Shown here piece after piece: positions 1 through 9,449 of a stretch of DNA of 21,772 nucleotides. Origin of the DNA: a virus; IMG/VR virus record IMGVR_UViG_3300024268_004547. One strand, written 5' to 3'. Every line of letters begins with the position of its first letter. Positions within the stretch are counted from its first letter, which is position 1. The position numbers were made by a program, and so were the translations under genes. The notes under the pieces were generated by a model, which saw only the letters and a list, made by a program, of their open reading frames with translations, was not told the DNA's origin and searched no databases.

Positions 1-2
1 TA

Positions 3-389
3 GACTCTAATTTAAACAGTATTGCTTCTGTTACTTTAGATGGTAAATGTAATATGTTGGTTAGTGATTATAATGGTAATGTTTATACTGTAGATGAGAA
101 TAGTTATATTTATCATGCTAATTATAATACCTCTTCTTTATCTTGTAGTAAAACCAGTTTTAACATTAACCCAATCACAACTGCAATGGCATATTATAAT
201 AATAAACTCTATATAGGAGATAATAATGGTATTTTATGGGCTTTTGATGTTGCAAAATTGAATTTATCTCTTAGAAATAGTTTAGTTTGGGCTTCTGATG
301 TTGGTTCTGCGATTACAGGAGGTATCACAGTCGGTAATGATGGTACTGTATACTTTGGTGCAATGGATAATTCTTTATACTACATTTAA
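3..389 (+). CDS. 3' end of a beta-propeller (PQQ-like repeat) protein, truncated by the window edge
   Basis: The frame is open from base 3 (DSNLNSIASV...) into the ORF at 54. It has blade-like motifs KLYIGDNNGILWAFD and GTVYFGAMDNSLYYI with a preceding LVWASDVG. Confidence 0.7.
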   Translation, partial: DSNLNSIASVTLDGKCNMLVSDYNGNVYTVDENSYIYHANYNTSSLSCSKTSFNINPITTAMAYYNNKLYIGDNNGILWAFDVAKLNLSLRNSLVWASDVGSAITGGITVGNDGTVYFGAMDNSLYYI

Positions 390-460
390 GCTTGTGATTA
401 AACACATAAGATTGTTAAAAATAAACAAAAGAGCATTAATGGTTTATTTATAGGAAAATG

Positions 461-510
461 TATTTTAGTGGAGTTTTTTTATTTTAAAACTCCAAAATAT
501 TATTTTTTTT
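461..510 (+). terminator. Hairpin plus T-tract, probable terminator of the propeller gene
   Basis: GGAGTTTT (470-477) pairs with AAAACTCC (486-493), flanked by TATTTT/AAAATA and followed by a T run. Confidence 0.5.
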
Positions 511-548
511 AAATATTAATGTTACTTTCTTTGAATATTGTGAATAAA

Positions 549-3500
549 ATGAAATTTAATAAAAATATCTTATTTATACTTCTGATTGTTTTTTTATTAA
601 GTTTGAATTTTGCTGTTGCAAAAGACCTTAATGAAACTAATGTAAATTCGGAATCATTTGAAATAGATTATGATAATTCAATTTCTATATCAGATGCAAA
701 TTATCAAGATGACTCAAATCAAATGAATAGTGTACACTCAACTGAATCATCAAATAAATCAACAGAAATTATTTCCAAAGAAAATAGCAATGAACATAAT
801 TTATTAAATGATATTGACAATTATAATCATGTTTATGTTTCACCAGATGGTAGTGATGATGGTTCATCTCCTAATGCTCCTGGGAATTTCATAGATATTA
901 TATATGAGGTTGACGAAGGTACTGTTATTCATATGCTTGATGGTATTTATACTCTCAATGCTGGAGATGAGCTTTATCCAGAAGATCTGAACAATGTTAT
1001 GATTATTGCAGATAATCCTGGTAAAGTAACAATTGATTCTCAGATTTATCCTACAGGTAAATTTACAGAAACTAGTGTATTTTATTTTACTAATTGCGAT
1101 TTAAAATTTGAAAATATTATATTTTCCTCCACATTAGTTGAAAACCAAGGAAATTATAATCATATTTGGGGTTATTTCGTCTTTGAAGAAGGTAATTATA
1201 TTTTTGAGGATTGTAAATTTATAAATACTTATTCAGCTTGTTTAATGTATCTTACTGAAGACTTTGATAATAAAGTTAAAATTAATAATTGTTCATTTAT
1301 TAATAATAATATACTCAATGATGATTCTGATGAGATTTTAGGGTTAATTCGTATTTGTAGTGGTGATTTAACTTTAGAAAATATTATTTGTGATAAGTCT
1401 TATAATATTTATTATCCTTTCGAAGATTCTGGAGTTTTCAGTTCACATGCAACATTAACTTTTTTAAATGGTGAAGAAAGTGTTACTGTAGGAGAAAATA
1501 GTAATTTGATTATTAATGCTTCTTTAGTTGATGATTATGGTAATATTATTATTTTACCTAACATTAAGTGTACTATTTTTGAACAAGAACGTACACTTTC
1601 ATATTCTAATGGAGTTTATCAAACTACAGTTACTACTCCCGATACCTTAGATACTTATAATATAGATGGTGTTGATGATTTTATTGATACTTATTTAAGT
1701 GATTGTACTATTATAATACCTGATATTGTTGTTGGACATTCTCATAATGTTACATTAAATACTAGTGATATCAGTTATGGTGAAAATGCTACTGTAAATA
1801 TTACAGTTTCTAGTGTGGAGTCTGGAAATATTTCATACACTGTAAAATCAGGCAATAATATTATTAAAGAAGAAGTTAATAAAGAATTTTCAAATAATTC
1901 TGCTAGTATTGTTCTAGATAATTTAGATGCAGGTACTTATACTGTTACTGTTACTGTTTTAGCAACTGAAGAGTATGGGGAAACTACTGTTTCAAGAACT
2001 TTCACAGTCAACCGAGTAACTCCTAATATTAGTGTAATAGTTAATAATGTTACTACTTTGGATAATGTTACAGTTAATGTAACTGTTCCGGAAGGTGTAA
2101 CCGGGCAAATTCTTATTCAAATAGGAGAAGTATTTACTGGTGGTTTCAATAATAGAATAGTTGATGATAAGACTGTTCAGGTTAAATCTGGAGATAATGT
2201 TATTATCACATATGCTCCATTTGCTGCTAAAGACACATACGCATTAGGATGGTCATTTACAAGCAATAACCCTAATTATAATAGTGTTTCAAATAATAAT
2301 TGGAATACTGGTGAGGGAAGATCCAAATTAATTAAATTTGAAGTTGTTAAAGCAGATTCCAATTTAACAGTCAAAGCGGATGATGTTGATTGGGGTAATA
2401 ATGTTACTGTATTTGTTACTACTGATTCCAGATTCACCGGTAACATTACTGTCAAATTAGGGGATGATGAAAAAATTGCTGAAATCAAAGAGGGTTCCGG
2501 CAGTGTTTCATTTGCAAACCTTAAAGCTGATACTTATAATGTTACTGCTAAGTTTAATGAAACAGATTTGTTCACTGCATCACAAAAGGACATTAATGTA
2601 ACTGTCAATAAAGTGAATTCCACTTTAACTTTAGATGATATTGTATTTGATTGGAATAAAACAGGCTCAACCACTGTATCCTATTCAGGTGCTACAAATG
2701 TTGAAGCTGTTATTGTTGAAACTGGAACTTCTATTCCTATCCAAGGCAATACAATCACTGTATCTAACTTAAAGGCAGGTAACTATACTTTAAGAGTAAC
2801 TACTGTTGCTGATGAAAACCATACTGGTGTAACCAAAGAAGTTAACATTAAAGTTAATAAGGTTAATTCCACTTTAACTTTAGGTGATGACATCATTTTC
2901 AATTATGGTGAATCCGGTTCTACCACTGTATCTTATGAGGATGCAACAAGTGTAGTTGCTGAGGTAGTTGATAATACAGCAAATATTAAAATAGAAAATG
3001 GTAATATTACTGTTTCTGGTTTGGATGCAAGTAGTTATACATTAAAAGTAACTACTCAAGTTGATGAAAACCATACTAGTATAAGCAAAACTGTTAACAT
3101 TAAGGTTAATAAGGTGGATTCTGATATTAATATTCTAAATCCGGTAAACTATGTTTATGGTAATGTGGGTCAGTGCAGTGTTTTCAGTCAGGGAGTAATT
3201 AATTTTACTGCTGTTATTGTTGATCATCCTGAAGCAAATATCACTATTGATAATGGTATTGTCAATGTTTCAGGTTTAAAAGTCGGCAATTACACCTTAA
3301 GAGTTACTGCTAACCCTGACAGGAATCATAATTCTGTCTTTAGGGAGTGTAATGTTACTGTTAATATGGCTGAGGTTCCTGCTGATCAGGCATTGAACAT
3401 TACTGTTCCGGCGGACAGTCAGTCACCTACATTCAGCATTAATCTAGATTCTAGTGCTGAGGGTAATTTCACTGTCTATGTTGACGGTAAGGAATGGGGT

Positions 3501-4199
3501 ACTGTAAAAGTAGTTAATGGTAGTGCAAGCATTACTGTAGCTAACTTGCCTGCTGGTAATCACAATATCACTATCAGCTACTCTGGTGATGATAATCACG
3601 CTGCGATTGTTCAAAACACTACTTTATCAATCAGTAAGATCGCTACTGACATCAGTGCTTCCAAGGTAACTGCGGTTTATCTTACAAGTAAAAAACTCGT
3701 TGTCACCTTAAAAGACAAGGCTGGAAATATCCTGACTGGTATGAAGGTGACTGTTAAAGTGGGAAGCATTTCAAAAACTTTAACCACCGACAGTAAAGGT
3801 CAGGTTTCAGTTGATGTGTCCAAACTTGTTCCAAAAACATACACTGCTAAATTCACATTTGCCGGTGATGACAAATACCTTAAATCTGAAGGATCCGCAA
3901 GTGTTAAAATCAACAAGGCAGCATCTAAAATAACTGCTAAAAAGAAAACTTTCAAGGCTAAAAAGAAAACCAAAAAATACACTATCACTTTAAAATCCGG
4001 TAAAAAAGCAATCGGTAAAGTGAAAGTCACCATTAAGATTGGTAAAAAAACTTACACTGCTAAAACCAACAAGAAGGGTAAGGCTACATTTAAAGTTAAA
4101 AAATTAACCAAAAAAGCCAAATACAATGCAGTTATTAAGTTTAAAGGAAACAAATACTATAAGGCAACAACTAAGAAAGTTAAAATTGTATTAAAATAA
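549..4199 (+). CDS. Adhesin-like protein: signal peptide, beta-helix-like N-terminal region, Ig-like (Big) repeats, Lys-rich C-terminal domain
   Basis: Signal peptide MKFNKNILFILLIVFLLSLNFAVA from ATG 549 (the ORF is open from 519). It has a HVYVSPDG motif, tandem Ig-like repeats (VNKVNSTLTL...) and a C-terminus KKKTFKAKKKTKKYTITLK...KTNKKGKATF typical of Methanobrevibacter ALPs. Confidence 0.85.
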   Translation: MKFNKNILFILLIVFLLSLNFAVAKDLNETNVNSESFEIDYDNSISISDANYQDDSNQMNSVHSTESSNKSTEIISKENSNEHNLLNDIDNYNHVYVSPDGSDDGSSPNAPGNFIDIIYEVDEGTVIHMLDGIYTLNAGDELYPEDLNNVMIIADNPGKVTIDSQIYPTGKFTETSVFYFTNCDLKFENIIFSSTLVENQGNYNHIWGYFVFEEGNYIFEDCKFINTYSACLMYLTEDFDNKVKINNCSFINNNILNDDSDEILGLIRICSGDLTLENIICDKSYNIYYPFEDSGVFSSHATLTFLNGEESVTVGENSNLIINASLVDDYGNIIILPNIKCTIFEQERTLSYSNGVYQTTVTTPDTLDTYNIDGVDDFIDTYLSDCTIIIPDIVVGHSHNVTLNTSDISYGENATVNITVSSVESGNISYTVKSGNNIIKEEVNKEFSNNSASIVLDNLDAGTYTVTVTVLATEEYGETTVSRTFTVNRVTPNISVIVNNVTTLDNVTVNVTVPEGVTGQILIQIGEVFTGGFNNRIVDDKTVQVKSGDNVIITYAPFAAKDTYALGWSFTSNNPNYNSVSNNNWNTGEGRSKLIKFEVVKADSNLTVKADDVDWGNNVTVFVTTDSRFTGNITVKLGDDEKIAEIKEGSGSVSFANLKADTYNVTAKFNETDLFTASQKDINVTVNKVNSTLTLDDIVFDWNKTGSTTVSYSGATNVEAVIVETGTSIPIQGNTITVSNLKAGNYTLRVTTVADENHTGVTKEVNIKVNKVNSTLTLGDDIIFNYGESGSTTVSYEDATSVVAEVVDNTANIKIENGNITVSGLDASSYTLKVTTQVDENHTSISKTVNIKVNKVDSDINILNPVNYVYGNVGQCSVFSQGVINFTAVIVDHPEANITIDNGIVNVSGLKVGNYTLRVTANPDRNHNSVFRECNVTVNMAEVPADQALNITVPADSQSPTFSINLDSSAEGNFTVYVDGKEWGTVKVVNGSASITVANLPAGNHNITISYSGDDNHAAIVQNTTLSISKIATDISASKVTAVYLTSKKLVVTLKDKAGNILTGMKVTVKVGSISKTLTTDSKGQVSVDVSKLVPKTYTAKFTFAGDDKYLKSEGSASVKINKAASKITAKKKTFKAKKKTKKYTITLKSGKKAIGKVKVTIKIGKKTYTAKTNKKGKATFKVKKLTKKAKYNAVIKFKGNKYYKATTKKVKIVLK
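2604..3359 (+). repeat. Three tandem ~84-aa Ig-like repeats inside ALP1
   Basis: Units start at 2604, 2853 and 3105 (VNKVNSTLTL / VNKVNSTLTL / VNKVDSDINI) and end in YTL(R/K)VT...(D)xNH. DNA identity is visible (aattccactttaacttta; gatgaaaaccatact). Confidence 0.75.
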
Positions 4200-4235
4200 G
4201 TGAAGATTTTATCTTCACATTCTTTTTATTTTTTT
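4200..4235 (+). terminator. Hairpin plus T-tract after ALP1
   Basis: GTGAAGAT-ttt-ATCTTCAC is a perfect 8-bp stem at 4200-4218, immediately after the stop and followed by T runs. Confidence 0.7.
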
Positions 4236-4381
4236 TAGGATTATTTTGTTGAAATTTTTTCATTTATAAATAAGAACTTTTTTTTCGTAAATTTCATTTT
4301 ACAAAATTATATATTAACCTTCAAACAAAAGATAAATCATATTTTAATTTTTGTTAAAATATTTTTATTAAAATTTAATGA

Positions 4382-6649
4382 TTGATGGATTTTTTGTGGG
4401 AGGTGAGAAAGATAAGAGATTCATTGAAAATATCCCTGTTGATGTTAATATTTGTGATTTCATTAACGTCCGTTTCAGCTCATGATGATAATGTCACTGA
4501 CACGATTCTGGATTTGTCCAATGAAACTGCTAGTGTTTCATCATTGGACACTGTGGATGATGCCAGCACTAATCAGGCAGTAGGCGAAGCGGATGTAGCT
4601 GACTTGACAATCAATATCACTAATGATAATGTTGATGATTATTTTGTAAGGGGAGTGCTTAAGTCCACTTACTCTGATGCTAAACTGTTCATATCTGAGG
4701 ATATGGAGGATCTTGGCATTTTGACCGTTAGGGCTAAGAATGTCACTATCTACGGTAATAATCATACATTGAAAAATACTGTTTTCAGCATTGAGGCTGA
4801 TGATGTCACATTAAACAATCTGGTATTGAATGTGACTGAATCCTTTGAGGATAATGATTATGCGGCAGTCCTGTTATGGCATTGCGACAATGCAGGTATT
4901 TACAATACTGTTATCAACTACGTCGCTCCATTGAACGCTGATGCCTATGGTATTTATAGTGAAGGCACCAAGTACAAGAATAACCGTAATGTCCGGATAG
5001 CCAACAGCACTGTAAACTTAATCGGCAATAACCCAAGCAGTGGTCGTGTTTACGGTATTAAGTTGGAACACTCTCCTAATACTTTATTTGAAAACAACAC
5101 AGTCAATACTCAGTTGCCTTTGCGTACGGTTGCATTTCTGGACACTACTGCTAATTTGGATTCTGAATTCTGTCTGGCAGTGGGAATCAGCAACTGTGAT
5201 GACCTGTCATTCAACAATAACATTATCAATACCAATGTAAATGTCCGGCCCGAGTGCGCTTATCCTACATTGGACAGCGTATTCATCTGTGATTCAAATA
5301 ATTGCAATGTTACCAATAATGTGATTACTTTGATTGATGATATTACCTATAAGGATGAGGCCAATTATCTTTATGCATTGGATGTTTATCGTGCAAAGGA
5401 TTTGCTTGTTGATGGCAATAGCATTCGTCTGGGTACCAATGGTGGTGCTTATGCTGCGGGAACCGCTTATCCGATACAGTTGACAGGTCCTGCAAGCGGG
5501 GTAATGATTAGATACAATAACTTGTACTCCAAGAGCAACGGTCCAAATATTGGTATTTATTCACATAACTTCAATGGTGACAACTACATTACAATTCTCA
5601 ACAACTACATTAATGTGACTGGTCGTGCGGGCAATCACAGCTGGGCTTTGGTTGCGGGTATTGAGTCACAGGACAACAATGACATCATAATGAACAACAT
5701 AATAGAAATCCACAATACTGGAGCTGTGAAATGGGATGATAACCTTTACGGCATTTCATATTCTCAGAAAACCGACAGTACACACACATACAGGGTGGTG
5801 AACAATACTGTTATCAGTGACGGTTATTACGTTTCACATATGCTGGATGCCGACAACACTACAGTGACCAACAATACGCTAGTAAGAACTGACAAGTATG
5901 CCGATACCAATTATGATCCCTTCAAGCGTGGTGACAATATTGGTGCTGATACTGATAAGGATAAGAATAATGATTTTTCAGGAAACCGTGTAATCACAAT
6001 ATTCGAGTATGGTCTCGAGCATCAAAGCAATGAGGTTGATGGCGGTGATCCGTTTGTATATGTTCCGCCTGAAAACGTCAACGGCAGAACCAATGTCATT
6101 AACGGCAGTGGAATTGTTCCTCAAAGGCCGGGATTTCCTGGTGGCAATCCTTTGCTTCCGGGAGGCAATGGCGGAGGTTCAATAAACACCGGCGGCAATA
6201 CTCCTAGTGGATTCAATAGTCCGGATAGTGCTGATGGTGACAATGGTTTTAAAGGTTTTCCTGACCTGAGCGGGGACAATGGTGAAAGCCTGTCACGCAA
6301 AACAAATCAGGGAACAGATACAAAAACCGTGAACTCATTCAACAATGATGGGACAGCTAGCAACTCATATAATAATGATGTGGTTGCAAGTGAAAACTCA
6401 ACATCAAGTGAAACTCCAAGCGTCAACGGCATGACCTCATCTGGCAGGTCATCAAGTTCCGCTTCATCTGCCGGTGCCGGTGGAAGCAGTGGTGCATCAC
6501 AGGATGTGAGTAAGGCTTATGAGATTACCAAGAATATTGTGGAAAACGGTCCGGATGATATTTTGAAGTTCATTGCACTTGCAGTGGTGTGTGAGATCTT
6601 GTTGGTTGTCGGATACAGGAGAAAGGAAAGTGAAGACATTACAGATTAA
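4382..6649 (+). CDS. Membrane-anchored adhesin-like protein with right-handed parallel beta-helix repeats
   Basis: Signal peptide (LKISLLMLIFVISLTSVSA), Asn-rich beta-helix repeats (NNIIN, TNNVIT, NNYINV), a Gly/Ser/Pro-rich linker and a C-terminal TM helix with RRK tail. The true start is uncertain (4412 ATA or 4424 TTG after an SD at 4399-4406). Confidence 0.8.
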   Translation: MMDFLWEVRKIRDSLKISLLMLIFVISLTSVSAHDDNVTDTILDLSNETASVSSLDTVDDASTNQAVGEADVADLTINITNDNVDDYFVRGVLKSTYSDAKLFISEDMEDLGILTVRAKNVTIYGNNHTLKNTVFSIEADDVTLNNLVLNVTESFEDNDYAAVLLWHCDNAGIYNTVINYVAPLNADAYGIYSEGTKYKNNRNVRIANSTVNLIGNNPSSGRVYGIKLEHSPNTLFENNTVNTQLPLRTVAFLDTTANLDSEFCLAVGISNCDDLSFNNNIINTNVNVRPECAYPTLDSVFICDSNNCNVTNNVITLIDDITYKDEANYLYALDVYRAKDLLVDGNSIRLGTNGGAYAAGTAYPIQLTGPASGVMIRYNNLYSKSNGPNIGIYSHNFNGDNYITILNNYINVTGRAGNHSWALVAGIESQDNNDIIMNNIIEIHNTGAVKWDDNLYGISYSQKTDSTHTYRVVNNTVISDGYYVSHMLDADNTTVTNNTLVRTDKYADTNYDPFKRGDNIGADTDKDKNNDFSGNRVITIFEYGLEHQSNEVDGGDPFVYVPPENVNGRTNVINGSGIVPQRPGFPGGNPLLPGGNGGGSINTGGNTPSGFNSPDSADGDNGFKGFPDLSGDNGESLSRKTNQGTDTKTVNSFNNDGTASNSYNNDVVASENSTSSETPSVNGMTSSGRSSSSASSAGAGGSSGASQDVSKAYEITKNIVENGPDDILKFIALAVVCEILLVVGYRRKESEDITD

Positions 6650-6680
6650 CTGCATCTTTGGCAGTTGATCTCTTTTTTTA
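6648..6680 (+). terminator. Hairpin plus T-tract after ALP2
   Basis: AACTGC (6648-6653) pairs with GCAGTT (6661-6666), followed by ctcttttttta. Confidence 0.6.
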
Positions 6681-6914
6681 TATTTTTCAAAAGCATCGAA
6701 TAATTGATTTTACGATTAATCAAATAATTACTTTTATTATTAACTGCTATTTTTATCGACTGTTTATTTTATTATTTCATATGTATTTCTCATAATTTCT
6801 ATTTTCACAAGTGTCAGTATATAGGAAATTAATGAGGTTGGTTAAAAAATAAAAAATTTGGATGGCGGGCAGATGATTTTTTTGTCCTTATATAATCAAA
6901 AGTTTATTATATGG

Positions 6915-6947
6915 TTTATATAAATAATATAATAAAAAATATAATAT
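6915..6947 (+). promoter_or_regulatory. Conserved promoter-like motif, copy 1 (upstream of portal)
   Basis: TTTATATAAAT-aata-TAATAAAA. Bases 6927-6947 (ATATAATAAAAAATATAATAT) are identical to 14233-14253. Confidence 0.55.
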
Positions 6948-6962
6948 AATGGATGATTGTTT

Positions 6963-8264
6963 ATGGGAATAACCTCTTTTATAAAAACCAGATTACTCAA
7001 CAACCGTGTGGAACAGTACAACACCAGGCGCAGCTATTGGGGCGAAAATGAAAGGCAACCTAGGACTGATGGGATAAACACCGGCCTTGACCTTGTCGAT
7101 GCGCTGCCGCCGGTAATTAACAAGACAATAGCCAATGCTCGTTATGCTGTTAAGCTTGACGGTTACACTTCAGGTGTTTTGAAAAACAGAATCGATAAGG
7201 CAAATGTAAATATTGTATTGGTGGATAAGGAAAACAAATTATCTGCTGAACAGAAACTGACTTTGATTTTATGGGCAAGAAAAATTGACATATCACAAGT
7301 TGCTAAAAACATCCTGCAGGCTGGAATGGTCGATGGGGAAGGATTAATTAAACCTGTAGAGAGATGGGATAAATCCATCGGCAAATATATCAAACCTATA
7401 TTTTTGGAAATCGGGGCTCATGGCTATGGATTGAAAAAGGAATTCAACGATGACAATGAAGTCGAGCTTTACTTGCATGAGATGCCTAAAGATATTGTTA
7501 ACGGATCTCCGGAGGAGTTCGATAATTATGTCAGCGTTGAGGAGGGAACATTGACTGTAAAGTACGAACCTGAAGAGGTAATTAACTTCATGTACAATGA
7601 AATCTACTGTGAAGCTCAATCTATTATCCTTAATTGTCTTGATGATATATACCACAAGTGCAATTTGGAGCGTAATCAAGTTGAGCGTATTAATAAGGAC
7701 AATATCATTGAAGTAAAACCATCACTTGATTCAAACGGTCAACCTATTGTTACAGAACTTTCATCTACTGCAAAAGAAAATCTTTATGCAGATTACGGAA
7801 CAACAGCTGATTCAAACGTAGCTATTGTACCGCCAGGAATTGAAAGTAAAATACTCGGGGGTAACAACTACCAGTCAGACTATACAAGACAGACCGAAAT
7901 CTTCAGGAATAATATTTTAAGAACTTTTGTAACACCGCAGTCACAGGCAGGTAATGAGAAATCTAATCAGAACGTGGCGGAGTACATTAACGATTCAGCT
8001 ATTACAGGTTTCATTGTTAATGTGGCCAATGACCAGAAATGGGTGTTAAAGTATTGCAATCAATTATTGAATATGCAGTTGGAGTTAATGGGCATCAGCG
8101 AAACTTTAGATGTTTACTTTAGCTATTCAAGAGATGACGTTTTAAGATATATTATGGAATTGTCTTCTGAAGGGGATGAGATATATAAAAACTATCTCAG
8201 TAACTTTGAAGAGGAACAACCTGTCGGTGAAAGGATTCTGACTGATAGTGGTGTTGAAATATAA
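6963..8264 (+). CDS. Phage portal protein (HK97/Mu gp29-like)
   Basis: About 433 aa with portal-like ordered motifs: DGYTSGVLKNR, ILQAGMVDGEG, YEPEEVINFMYN...QSII, VAIVPPGIESKILGG, FRNNILRTFVTP...GNEKSNQNVAE. Recognised by pattern, not by HMM search. Confidence 0.75.
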   Translation: MGITSFIKTRLLNNRVEQYNTRRSYWGENERQPRTDGINTGLDLVDALPPVINKTIANARYAVKLDGYTSGVLKNRIDKANVNIVLVDKENKLSAEQKLTLILWARKIDISQVAKNILQAGMVDGEGLIKPVERWDKSIGKYIKPIFLEIGAHGYGLKKEFNDDNEVELYLHEMPKDIVNGSPEEFDNYVSVEEGTLTVKYEPEEVINFMYNEIYCEAQSIILNCLDDIYHKCNLERNQVERINKDNIIEVKPSLDSNGQPIVTELSSTAKENLYADYGTTADSNVAIVPPGIESKILGGNNYQSDYTRQTEIFRNNILRTFVTPQSQAGNEKSNQNVAEYINDSAITGFIVNVANDQKWVLKYCNQLLNMQLELMGISETLDVYFSYSRDDVLRYIMELSSEGDEIYKNYLSNFEEEQPVGERILTDSGVEI

Positions 8265-8321
8265 TGTGAAATATTTATTTCATAAGTATCTTTAAATATT
8301 ATTTTATCTAATATATTATAC

Positions 8322-8834
8322 ATGAAAATTTCCAATATAGATAACTTAAAAATTGTTAAAACTAACTTAGAACAGTTAAAAACAATTGATTTTGATTGTG
8401 GTGACGAAGATTTAAATGAATTCCTATTAAAAGATTCCGTTGAAAATATTAAGAATAATCTTTGCACAATATTTTTATGTATCTATGAGGAGGATGTTGT
8501 TGGATTTTTTTCATTATCTGCAGATTCAATTAAAATTAATGAAAAACTTAAAATCCAATATCCTCAATATCCTGCAATTAAAATTGGTAGGTTGGCGGTG
8601 TCTAAGGAATTTCAAAACCAGCATATTGGAAGTTTAATGATAGATTGGGTTGTTGGGTTTTGCAGAAATTTAGGAAATGAAATTGGTATTAGATTTGTTT
8701 CAGTTGATGCATATAATAACACCAAAACTGTAAACTTCTATAATCACAATCAATTTGTAGAATTGGAATCTGTAAATAAGAAAAATAGAAGGAATATTCC
8801 TATGTATAGGGATATCTGTGAAAAATTAAACTAG
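8322..8834 (+). CDS. GNAT acetyltransferase of the AtaT/TacT toxin type
   Basis: FDCGDEDLNEFL, GFFSLSADSI, PAIKIGRLAVSKEFQNQHIG (acetyl-CoA motif) and VDAYN...FY motifs. Confidence 0.85.
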   Translation: MKISNIDNLKIVKTNLEQLKTIDFDCGDEDLNEFLLKDSVENIKNNLCTIFLCIYEEDVVGFFSLSADSIKINEKLKIQYPQYPAIKIGRLAVSKEFQNQHIGSLMIDWVVGFCRNLGNEIGIRFVSVDAYNNTKTVNFYNHNQFVELESVNKKNRRNIPMYRDICEKLN

Positions 8835-8902
8835 CACAATATATTTAAATAAAGTGCAATATACTATTTAATATAATAGTTAAAATATGGAGGATGTAAA
8901 TC

Positions 8903-9052
8903 ATGGCAAGTAAAGTAAATGCTACACCAACATTAGATGGTATCGATGCAAAAAGATTCATTGAAAAATTAAATTCTCCGTCAACACCAAAAGAGGTAGA
9001 ATCATTAAAAAGAGCTGATGAGGTATTTAAAAAGATTAAATATATTCATTAA
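8903..9052 (+). CDS. 49-aa protein, putative antitoxin-like partner of the GNAT (not in ORF track)
   Basis: SD GGAGG at 8889-8893 and ATG at 8903. Translation: MASKVNATPTLDGIDAKRFIEKLNSPSTPKEVESLKRADEVFKKIKYIH. A T-tract follows, and a paralog lies at 21265. Confidence 0.7.
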   Translation: MASKVNATPTLDGIDAKRFIEKLNSPSTPKEVESLKRADEVFKKIKYIH

Positions 9053-9400
9053 ATTCTTTTTTTAATTGTACCTAAATTATTTTCATTTTTTATTAAAGGA
9101 TGGAGATATCATATTTACATTGTTTATTTGAAGGTAAAAACTTCATTAGAAGTTCAGCCTATATATCCTTGTCTCGACGAGGGGCGAATTGGGTGGTATG
9201 TGGGTTCTTCAATAATTCATGAAAATAATTATAATTTTCCCTATACTGTTTTTACAACTTTGTTTTTTTTATGTCTAAAAATTCATGATATTTTTTTCTG
9301 ATTCATAATTTTTAAAACATTTCTTGAAATTAAAATTAATTTGGCAACTTATTTTTTTTAATATTTTTCCTCTGCTATCACACTAAAAATATAATAAAGA

Positions 9401-9433
9401 TTTATATAAAATAAGTAATAAAATATATAATAA
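9401..9433 (+). promoter_or_regulatory. Conserved promoter-like motif, copy 2 (upstream of protease/scaffold)
   Basis: TTTATATAAAAtaagTAATAAAATATATAATAA, 31/33 identical to 14197-14229. Confidence 0.6.
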
Positions 9434-9449
9434 TTAATATAATAAAATT

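Noticed and set aside
6650-6960. att site or tRNA integration target at the left edge of the viral cluster
   Set aside because: No tRNA is present and no exact repeat partner was found elsewhere in the window; only weak AT-rich similarity was seen, reported separately.
9183-9192. 10-mer GGCGAATTGG shared with 10731-10740
   Set aside because: A single 10-bp match with non-matching flanks is not distinguishable from chance without statistics.
9100-9222. 40-codon ORF MEISYLHCLF...
   Set aside because: It has no clear SD and no recognisable motif, and it overlaps the degenerate intergenic repeat.
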